DNA from: Amoebidium appalachense | Taxonomy: Eukaryota; Protista; Ichthyosporea | Direction: 5' to 3' | Assembly: GCA_963693365.1 (NCBI GenBank) | Contig: CAVNZM010000004.1 | Span: 8,035,093 to 8,099,092 of the forward strand | Length of the DNA: 64,000 nucleotides | Made by a program: the position numbers and the translations under genes | In this document: positions 53,570-64,000 of the stretch, one piece after another | Position numbering within the stretch: position 1 is the stretch's first letter | How the letters are laid out: each line of letters starts with the position of its first letter | Notes under the pieces: generated by a model | Database searches by the model: none | The model's input: only the letters and a program-made list of their open reading frames with translations | Told to the model about the DNA's origin: nothing

Positions 53570-54480
53570 ACCCACACACCCACACACACACACACACACA
53601 CCGCACGCACCCACACACACCCACACACTCATCCACTCACCCCTGCCCCCCCCTCCCCCCCCCCCCCCCCCCCCTCCCCCCCCCCCCCCCCCCCACCACC
53701 ACCACACACACACACACACACAACACGCGCGCGCGTTAACACACACACTCACACACAAACACACACACAAACACACGCGCGCACACAGTCACCAAGCCCA
53801 CGGACCCCCTCTCCCACTATGCTATGGACAACCGTGTCGGGGCCTTCAACACAATGCAGCCAACGTTCAATACCAATCAAACGCTCGAACTCATACCATG
53901 CAAACCCCCTATGGAATGCAAGATTCGGCAACTGAAAATTGGACATTCCAAGGACCACGGCCGGCGGGATAAAAAGAGATATTTGTCCCTGCCTCCGTGC
54001 TCTGTCGGTACGTTGGATTTTATCCCGCGGGAGTTTATGGACTTCGGTATATCTAACTCGGAAAATGAAACGGTCGGTAACGGTGTTGGCCAATCAAACG
54101 GCACGAACGGCACGTTTTTGCATTCTTTCGACCCGGCGAGATATGTCGGGCTCAACATGGTGCAGGTGAAACCTCTCGGCCCGGTCACACCGTACAACAT
54201 GACCCTGATCAGTGAAATGAGGTCTAATGTGTGTGTGGGATATAACGGGAATTTGATCGAGCCATATATCCCAACCTCACCTTTATTTAACAGGGGGTCA
54301 CTATCTCCTTTCCTCTACTACAAGAGGACGGACACCCCAGCCGGATTGGGAACTGTGGCACGGTGCGCGTTTATGGTATCTCGTCTGATATCTGACCGGC
54401 CGGGGGTTATCCAAATTTGCGGGAAAGTTCCATACCCGCTCACGTCCGTGGTTGTGTTGTATGATGAAGTTCTTCCATAG
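48556..54480 (+). CDS. Type II membrane SGNH/GDSL hydrolase-family protein (CAP64-like), about 747 aa, 4 exons
   Basis: Exons 48556-49632, 50613-50773, 52131-52444, 53789-54480, phase-consistent. TM helix IPCIFLVSSAFVFVWFCVY, then a Thr/Gln/Pro stem; SGNH blocks GGSSSAG, RNIGHGNTDS, DILFWEYVLND, DHHHP. The start could be a downstream ATG. Confidence 0.85.
50421..50533 (+). mobile_element. Dispersed ~110-bp element, copy A, flanked by poly-C on both sides
   Basis: Nearly identical to the reverse complement of 26839-26948; shares termini with 39357-39725. Confidence 0.85.
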
Positions 54481-56068
54481 ATACATAGCATATCTCTGTG
54501 TTGAAATTGTGCGGTATCATAAATAGTGTGATAATATAATAAATAATGACCTATTGATATTGTATTTGCTCGGTGCCAATTTAGGTAGAATGTTTCTTTC
54601 CTGTATACTTTCAGTCAGAACGGATTGTGGATTGAACAGAGTCAACGGTTCCAACTTGAATAATGTAGATCTAGGGGACGTACTCAGTCATGCGTTTAAT
54701 GATCGTCTTTCTTAAAGCTTTCTTTCTGTGCATTTCTTGTGTAAAATTTGGCGCTGTTAGCCTTAGTTTAACAAAAAGCGGAGTGATTGTGTCTAGATGC
54801 CAATATGTTGATCGTGAATTACATATAGTTCAAGGGACAGGATAAATTTCGAAGATGGCATCACAAAACTAATTTAAGGATATTGATCGGTTAGAACACA
54901 GAGAGTCTGGGCCTCATGTAAGGTCCGCTCATGAATAAGACTTGCATTCACGTACATGCCACAGGCCTGTACAGCCATGATCATGACATTTTGTGCTGGC
55001 TGGATTTGTAGCCATGTTACATATCACCCCAAAAAGCACTTTTTTGGTCGTAATTTAATTTCCTGTGAAAGCTTCCAATTTTTACCATATTGTTTTGTAG
55101 AAATAATATGCAAATAGGCCTGCAGGCACCGCTACAGCCAAAAAAGTTAGGCAGCAAGGTGACAAAACTAGCCTTTTATGGTTAGCCACCTGCCAAAAAT
55201 GGCACGTAAATATTTGGCTAATTTTGATTGGTTAACAGCTGCCACCATGCTAGTCTATACAGGCTATTATTAGAGAAGCCCATTCCCAAGCAGGTGTTTC
55301 GAAATCCGTATAATGTGTGCCCCCCTGCGAACACACAGGCACACGAGCACACTCACACGAGAAATAATTTGCGATCCAACAGGGTGTTAGTGTAGACATG
55401 TGTGGTGCTCTGCTACAGTGCATACAACTTGCAGTTGAAAAGCACACCTACTAGTAGCAGCAGACATCCCCCCCTCCCCCCCCCCAAACCCCCCCTCCCA
55501 CCACCACCACCACCACCACCACCCCATCCCCACCCCGAACCCTGAGCCCCGAGCCCCACCCCATGGCCCACCCCACCCCATGAATCTCCACCCTCCGGCC
55601 CGCCCCCTGCCCACACACACAAAACACAGTGTCACCGTGACACACCCACACTCACTCACTTATCCACGCACCACACACACACACACACACACTCACACAC
55701 ACGCCATGACACAATATATATATGGCACACTACATTCCCCTGGCCACTCTGCCTCTACATGTACGTACACTACATGTTCAACCCTCGGAATCCCCCCAGC
55801 CCAGATTAGGAGGATTTTGAGGGGGGGAGGGGAAGGGGGGCTCTGCCATGGTGGGAAATTTACTGTAGCCTCATACGGTGGCACTCCACTCCAACCTAGC
55901 CGCTTGATTTACCGTAAACCTCGATCCAAAGACGTAGTGGCAAATATATATAGCGAGCCGTGTCCTAGTGGACGAAAAAGAGACGGTGATATCCGAGGGG
56001 GATACTAGTATACCGTGTGACACTGTGTGTACACGGTGACTGTGTGTGTGTGTGTTTGCGCGCGTGAC

Positions 56069-56103
<35 letters not shown>

Positions 56104-57291
56104 TGGTGGGGGGGGTCAATTAGGGGGCGCTATAACGAGGGGAAACCGTATTTTTGCAAGCAGATGCTACAGGCAAGGCAAAGGGGCCTGCACGCCCGGA
56201 GGTGTATGTAGGCTTGCTTGCAAGTAGGAAGCAAGAAAACACAGCCTGAACCAAAATGATGCCAGGGAAGCTCCTCGTGTCACTGTGAATGTGTGTACGT
56301 GTACGTGAAAGGTGGGGTTGGGGTTGGGGAGTTGCCATTGGGGGTTGATGGTGTTTTTTTTCTTTCATTCATTTTTTTTGTTTCCAGGGAGGGGTGGGGC
56401 GGGGGGGGGTTGCAGGCAGGAGCCCAAGTCCAGTAACATCATAACGAGACTTCGTTTATTGTTCAATATCCCCAGGCATCAACTCAACAGTGGCTTGATG
56501 CAAATAATAGGGTATACCTTGAACCAAAGAGCCAACAACTGAACAACCATACAGAACATCATAGATGAATTAAAATTAATACCCTACGAACAATTACGAT
56601 AGTTATTCTTCAAACCTTACATGCCAAACCTAGCCAGGAAACATGATAAATTTAAACAATAAAATATATAACGGGAAATATTCCAATCATTACATGTTAA
56701 ACCCGTTAAACCCAGCGAGAAAGGAAGATCGAGAAATTTCTCAATCCACCATGCGCGCTAAGCTCGCGCGTGCATCTTTTGTATTTACCTATTTACAATA
56801 AAAATATATACTTACGAGGCAGAACGTATGGGTAACTCCTTTTCCTATACATAAACGCAAATACAGCTTCTTTTACGCAAAGAGACCTATTGCCTAGACA
56901 GAACCCCGATATTTCATTCGTACAAAAGGAATTTCATTTCATACAGCCGCAGGAGTCAAACACCTCAGCAAAGTTAAAAAGAAAAAGAAAAAAAACACAA
57001 CGAGTACAGGTACTCTTCTTAGTAAACAAAGACAGCTGCAACACAAAACGGAAGGGCCCAACCAGAGCAACACACCTTAGCAGCACTTCAATGTTCCCAA
57101 GTCTCTTTCCTCTCCGAAATCCATGCAAACAGGGAGGGGCGCCATCCACGCACCACTCCACCCCTCTTTGCAGAGTGACCGTTGCTGTCCAGAACAAACC
57201 ATGGCAACTTTGCGCCCTGGAGTCCGATGGTCGGTACCAGTGGTGGGATTTGCCTCTTGCAGGGCCGATGCAAAACGGACATGATGGTTGG

Positions 57292-58427
57292 CTAGGCACC
57301 GAATTCGTCCCAAAGATCAAACGTACCGACAGGGGAGGTGTAGTCGGGAAACTCTTTTCTGGAGGTCCCAGGTCCTGGCCGTGACAACTGGGGAGGGAAG
57401 GGTGTAAGGGGGCTGAAACAAAAAAAACAAAAACAAAAAAAAAAACAGGCGAGGGAAAGCCCTAGACATTGAAAAAAGGAAAAACACGCTCTGGGTGAAG
57501 AAAGGAAAAAACACGCTCTGGGTCCTTTCTTTTTCTTCGACAGGTTCGTATGCATAACCGATAGACCTTCTCGCTTCCCCGTCCTCTCTGCCTAACTCTC
57601 TCCCTTCATTTCATTTCCCCATTCCCTTTTTCTTCTCTCCATTCATTTTCTTTTGTGTGGCATGGGGGTAGTGGTGGTGGGAAAAGGGTATACGAAATCA
57701 ATCCCACGAGAAACAAGCAAAGTACACGTCCACAGGATCTCCATGTTGCCTTCTGCACCAACCACACGACATTTTTCTTTGAACCTTGAACCTAACGCAA
57801 CCCCCACATAAATTACTATCCCACTCACCCTGAGCACGCGTGTTCTGCGCTTGTCCTCACTGCCAGACCGGTCATACTCTTTGCCGCTGTACGTGTCCAC
57901 TACCTCCACCCGCCCGAAACTAACCCTCCGCTTGCGCTTTCCTGCCTGCTGCAACAACGGCAAGGTTGTTAGATTATGGCCCCCCGAAGGGGGGAGGGGG
58001 GGGGTTGTAAATGAGCTTATTAAACTCACTAGCACGTGTTATACAGCCACAGAAAAGGCGAGGAAAAAAAAAAAAAAAAAAAAAAAAAACTCGCATGATG
58101 GCCGTACAACAAGCCCGAATATTCATCTGCAATAAATAACAGCGTATTTCACTTACAAACCACAGAGGACCTGCCATGACCCTCTTCCAGCTCTCCACTC
58201 AAATTTTCACGAATTTCCTTTTCTGCTCGGTTGCATGTGCAGAACACCATTTCCTTCCATCTTCTCTTCAACTTCACCTACACCCTCTACCCAAGAAAGG
58301 ACCCAGCAAATATGAACGAGGGGAAAAAAAAAAAAGAAAAAAAAGAAACCCCCCCCCCCCCCCTGGAAAAACATGAACACCTTACAAGCACGTCTGCACA
58401 CAAACCTACACCCACGCGAACACGTAC

Positions 58428-58463
<36 letters not shown>

Positions 58464-58784
58464 GTAGGCAAAAATAACTCACGGGCAATTCGCAAAGAGC
58501 AGCACAACACCTACTTTTGCCGGTGCGGCTCCGGTTTTGGGCATCATATCCACCGGACAAGCAACCAAGTTCTTGACTACGAATTCAAACAACGCCCGGC
58601 CCATGCTGAACTGGAGTACTGCATCCAAAATAGCCAGCCATATCAGGCGGGCTATGCTTCTTTGCCACAGGAAGATGAGAGACACAAACGAATGTTGTTG
58701 CGTGTGTTGAGGTGTATAGTTTTCATAGAAAGTCTTTGGACTAGTGTGCTTTAGGATGGAGACGGGGGTAGATGGACGGCACAT
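57292..58784 (-). CDS. Small putative PP1 regulatory subunit (SILK + RVxF + neurabin/Bni4-like TYSxxEYDR), about 161 aa, 3 exons
   Basis: Exons 58784-58515, 57948-57829, 57387-57292, all phase 0, donors GTAGGT and GTGAGT. Motifs VSILKH and KRKRRVSFGRVEVVDTYSGKEYDR. The frame is open about 100 nt further upstream, so the start is uncertain. Confidence 0.7.
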
Positions 58785-60389
58785 TTTCGTAGGCTCAGTT
58801 GATGCCGCTTCGACATTCGAGCGGTTGCTAGTATTGCTGTGTAAACCTGCCTTGCTTTCTTCTTCTCTCTCGTTCTTACCCAACTCCTATATTTTTATAG
58901 TGTTTATAAAAGAAAAGCGTATTGAAAAAAAATGCAAAAGGACGCAAAGAGACTGCAGAGCGCAGTGAACACCAAGAGTGAGCCACAGTAACACTCCGGC
59001 GACGTCTTATGTACCAGAGTCGGCGACACTTTTTCCGCAGCAATATAAACTGATGATTTACAGCCAATGAGTCAGTGGCACCAATCCCGGGCAGCTTTTT
59101 GGCCAAAATTTCAATGCTGTCCTGACTCCAGTACTCCTGAGAATTTATATATTCTGCTGTGAGATCTATTTTTTTTAGCTTGATATTACTTATGTTTGTT
59201 GAAATACAGCGATTTGTAAGCCTCACCGAGGCACACACGCGTCGAACGTCCCGGGCTAAGGGCATGTATGCATGTGGAGATAACCGCACTATCACTATAA
59301 TGATATTTAAAAAATTTCAAAGGAATTTAAGAGGCCTGTAACAATAACGGTCTATGAACGCTAATCAATATAATCTATTAAAAAACAAGGTGAAACGGTT
59401 AATCTGCACTCCTCTGGCAAGTGATTGGTGGACTTGAGCGTGGATTCAGGTATGCAAAGTGGAATTTTATTTGAAGTAGCTGGTTTTATATTCAAGAGCG
59501 CAATGAAGAACCGGTAAAAAAACACTATAAACTAATCTACTATCATCTTATCACATATAACTGTGTATGCTTTTAAACGATTTTAGCAAGTTGGCTTGAC
59601 CACAGTGTCCATACATATACTATACAACCAATCGTTCCATGACCGTTCATGTTGATCACATTTGCCCTGGTTCCCCGCAGCTCACGTATGAGGTGGTGGG
59701 TGTATTAGCGATAGGGAAGTAGAAATTCAAGAACTTTGATTATGTTGTAAATGTCATACATATCCCTATGTATAGATCATCTAAATACTGATGCTTGTCA
59801 TTTATTGAAAAAAAAATTCTTACATTATATGTGCGATCTACATTAAAGGGTCTACAATACTGCTTCCCAATACTAATTTCCGTACACACGCGTTCCCCTT
59901 TTACAAATAATTGGTTTGGGGTGACTTCTACTGGGAACTATCACTCTTGCACCGGATTGGCAACAGAATCTCAGTCATGAATAGTGAATGTTGATCTCTT
60001 TAATAGCACTATAACTGAGAACTCTAATGATATATACACCAAAAGGCTTTAATTATATATGTACGCAAAAATTCCACAATTACCTGCATGTAGCTTCCTT
60101 GGAAAAGAGACACAGCTTCCCAGGCCTAGGATAAATTTGAAAGGACGCGTGGGACTACTGCCAATAAAATCCATCAAGGCAAAGCCAATCACTGCTCAGC
60201 GCGGGGGAGGCCTCCCGCCAACCTTCATCTCACGGTCACCCCCGCATCACACGCACATGCACACGCAAAAACACACAACCGGTACACGCACACATGGCAT
60301 ACACACACACACACAAACACACACACCGTGTACACTGTGCACACACACACGGTACACACACACACACACACGCGCGCACACACGCACAC

Positions 60390-60434
<45 letters not shown>

Positions 60435-61157
60435 ACGCTCACTTGCCCGTATGCATGCACGCACACGCATGTACATGCGCACGTCAATAATGTTAGTGCT
60501 CGCCAATACTCTCATTTTTTCCTCTCCAATGACAACTGAAGTCTCTTACGAACATAGATCACAACCCTTCGCACATGTACACCAACCCTCAAACACTTCT
60601 CACCTTGTTGTGCCCCAACATCAATAAATACAGGCATCTTGGCATCACCATTGACGGCACAGCCAGCTTCGAGTGAGTCTGCCAACTCCCCCCCCCCCCC
60701 CCCCTTCCCCCCCTCCCCCCCCCCCGCCCTTCACCCTCCCCCTTCCCCCCTCCTTCCCACCCGCCCCCCGCCTTCTTCCTCCCTTCTCTCCCTCCCTATT
60801 CCCCTCCCCATCCCCTAGCTCTGGATTCCCCTTGATTCTCTTATCTATCCTTTTCCTTTACTTCCGTCTCTCCTGCATTAAAAAGCAAGGTCACTTCCGA
60901 CAGGCACACCGGATCCCCACGCAAACACACACACACGTGTGATGTCCACACATACACGCGCACACCTTCAAATCTGTTGGGCTTTGGTCGTGGATGACGT
61001 ATTGATTAATCAACTGGGCTGTGCGTGCTTTTTAAACCAAACAAGCCTTGGTATGGTCTTACTGGTACGACACTCCGGCTGAAGCACAAAGGCACACACA
61101 TAGACACATGCACACACGTACACACACACACAGGCACGTTCACACGCGCAATCACAC

Positions 61158-61267
<110 letters not shown>

Positions 61268-61475
61268 TGCACACCAGAAAAAGACAACCCCCCCCAACCT
61301 CATGTTGCTCATGCCACAGGGCCACTTACTAGAGCCGTAACTTCTCTGAGTCAAGCCGCTCAACCACTACAACTGTGCTGCTCTCTCGTGTTAGCTCTTA
61401 GATCTCCCCACCCATAGCCTTTTATGTTACTATCAGGCTCCCGTTATTTGTCGACCTACGGCATGACTTAAGAGT

Positions 61476-61511
<36 letters not shown>

Positions 61512-62266
61512 ACCACCACCACCACCACCACCACCAAAAAAAAAAAAAAAAAAAAAAGGAAAGGAAAACAATCAGTAAATTTTGAAGGGTACAGAGACGG
61601 ACGGAAAAGCTTTTTTTCTTTTTGGGGGGAAGGGGGGAGGCGCAAAGGGGGGGGATGAGGATGAGGGTGAGGCTGAAACGGATGGTTGTGGGATATGAGA
61701 GGCTGCAATTCTAGAGTGTGAGGGGGTGGGTTTGAGGGATAGGGAGGGGCGGGGGGGGGGGGGGGGGAGGGGGAGGGGGGGGGGAGGGAGAGGAGTGGGA
61801 GAGGTGGGCTTGGGGGATAGGGGGGTGCCGGGGCAGGGGAAGGGGGTGGGGGCGGAGGTGGGGAGGGAGGGGGGGGGGGGATGGGGGGAGGGGAGGGAGG
61901 GAAACGGGGGGAAGAGGAGGGGAAGGGTAAGCAACCAATTAAAGGCGAAAGCAGGGTGTCGTGCACACAGATTTGGAGAGGTGTAGAGCCCTTGGAATTT
62001 CCATCATCATGGTACCCCCTTTGGTGTTTTGGGTCGGCCTTTGGGGGGGTTTCTTTGCCATTTTCTGTGAGTTGCTCCGGAGAGCATTATCCGGTGGAAG
62101 AGGGAAAGCTGGGTTTTGTGAAATGACGCCAAAACGTCAGGGATTGGTGAGTTATGGTTTCTTTTGTTTTGCCTTACTACCAGGGCACCATATTACTAGA
62201 AAATCAGACATTTTGCACAGCTACTGGTTACCTCTCTCTCTCCCTTCCTCCACCATCCCCCCGTCC

Positions 62267-62299
<33 letters not shown>

Positions 62300-63135
62300 T
62301 TCCCCACAGACACATACACAAGTATGTTCAATATATTTACGTCGGGTATGAAAGTACATGTTAGTTGTAGTTGTGATGGGCCGTTACTTTTATTGAAGAG
62401 GAGAGGGGTAAAGAGAAAGGAAGGGGGCGGGGTGGGGGGAGGCGAGGGAGGGAGAGGGGCTGGGGGGGGGGGGGGAGGGGGGCAGGGGATGCGCTGTAAC
62501 GAATGAATAAAACATCGAGGTTGTCAAGGAGAAAGTTGCCTGTAATTTCAACTGTATCACACACACACACACACACACAATGGACCCACACATGCTTCCT
62601 TTTTGTTTCTGGCTTTTGAGGTCGTTGTTTATTATGGACTCTTGAATGAGTTTATTGGAAGCATACTGTGACATGTATGCATCTTTCTTCAGTACACGTC
62701 TCTACAACTTGGAGTTTATAATGTGGGACATGGAAAAAATAAAGTCATGAAAACAAGTATCCCCCCCCCCCCCCCCCCCCCACCCCACCCACCCACCCAC
62801 CCCCGCTTTTGCCCGGAGACTAAAAATCCGGATGCAGTACATACGGTAAACTGCGGCTGTTATAGTGGTAGCTGGTCAACCAGCAGCAGCCGTAGTAAAA
62901 TAAAAATTAAATAAATAAATAAAAAGAAAGAAAGAAAAAAAAGCAGGCTGCAGATTCGCCCACGACGGGGTCCTTCAAGCACACATTCATGTTGTATCAA
63001 ATCAACCTATAGACCAACCATGCCCTCGTAACTCCCCCCCCCCTCCCCCCCCCCCCCCCCCCAACAAAACCCCCACCCACCCCAAACCCCAGGTGTCCCA
63101 TTGCTTTACACTTCACGGCACACACACGGCAACAT

Positions 63136-63219
<84 letters not shown>

Positions 63220-63563
63220 CAAACACAACAGGGGTAGTGTTACAACCACAACCACGTGCACACACTGGCACACACATTCAACCCCATGCACACGCGTACA
63301 CACACGTACACACGTACACACAGTTTCTAAACCATTCAGGGTCCCTTCTACATTCCATATTGGTGTCGCTGTGTGTCTTCTTCATTGCACACCACCACTA
63401 TGCTCTGTTGAAAGGTATCGTCCACTCCTAATTCCACTCGCCTTAAATTTGCCCCCCCCCCCTCCCCCCCCCCCCCCCCCCCCCCTCCCCCACCCACCCA
63501 CCTATCACGCCTCCTTTTCATTCAGTGGCTCACTCTCTCTTATATTTCGCTTCATCCACTCGC

Positions 63564-63896
63564 CTTTGCCGAGTATTTGTGGGTACATCCTTCGATGACG
63601 TTCAACACTGTACTCTGTCGGTGGTGTTGAAATCTATTATTGAATCGGGTTGGTTGTGTAAAGGCACTGAGTTATATCAACCCTGAGATGTATCAACTCT
63701 GAGTTATATCAACTCTGAGTTATATCAACCCTGAGTTATATCAACCCTAAGTTATATCAACCCTGAGTTATATCAACGCCAAATTGCCCGGACAAAACAT
63801 TGATATAAGCTAAGCGCGACTGTATCTGTTTCCGTGCCTTACCTTCCACATATGCTACTCCACTTGATTTGGCGGCCTGCTTCAAATGCCTCCCTC
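63564..63896 (-). CDS. Two probable internal exons of an unidentified gene entering from the right edge
   Basis: 63896-63843 (donor GTAAGG) and 63633-63564 (AAG|GCGAGT, a GC donor) join in frame as REAFEAGRQIKWSSICGRFQHHRQSTVLNVIEGCTHKYSAK. Further candidate exons near 63007 and 62701 could not be chained confidently. Confidence 0.35.
63661..63822. mobile_element. pogo/Tc1-mariner-like MITE with an amplified 16-bp subterminal repeat
   Basis: Flanked by TA at 63659-63660 and 63823-63824. The right end reads CAGTCGCGCTTAGCTTATATCAA on the minus strand; the left end AAGGCACTGAGTTATATCAA is a degenerate match; about 7 tandem CTGAGTTATATCAAC(C/T) units. Confidence 0.6.
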
Positions 63897-64000
63897 CTTG
63901 ACTTATATACCCCCCCCCCCCCCCTCCCCCCTCCTTTTCCCCCCCCCACCCCCCTCGCCCCTGTAACCCCCCTCCCCCCCTTCCCTCCCCCCCTCCCAAC

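Noticed and set aside
58876-59295. 139-aa non-repetitive ORF upstream of the PP1-regulator gene
   Set aside because: No recognisable motifs and no convincing in-phase donor to the 58886 acceptor; more likely 5' UTR or intron.

Overview
Intron-rich eukaryotic DNA. Gene content suggests an opisthokont protist, but this is inference only. Short exons sit in introns packed with (CA)n/(GT)n, (CT)n and long poly-C/poly-G tracts, so nearly all ORFs in the supplied track are repeat artefacts. Splicing exons by hand with phase checks gave seven complete gene models: (1) a bacterial-type (Glk-family) glucokinase-like protein with degenerate ATP-binding motifs, intact sugar-binding motifs and a C-terminal hydrophobic tail; (2) a DEK_C + AT-hook + SWIB protein (UAF30/spp27-like); (3) an ANKRD40-like ankyrin protein; (4) WDR5; (5) a secreted ricin-B-like lectin with a Thr/Lys-rich tail; (6) a type II membrane SGNH/GDSL (CAP64-like) protein; (7) a small PP1-docking protein (SILK + RVxF + TYS-x-x-EYDR). 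Partial genes probably run off both edges. Mobile DNA includes a hAT-type MITE with an 8-bp TSD and a nearby empty site, a pogo-like MITE, an A-tailed retroposon with a 14-bp TSD, and a dispersed poly-C-flanked element with hammerhead-like core motifs. Best leads: the candidate tail-anchored pseudo-glucokinase (possible sugar sensor) and splice sites that directly abut microsatellite or complementary G/C tracts. All family calls are motif recognition by eye; no database search was run.
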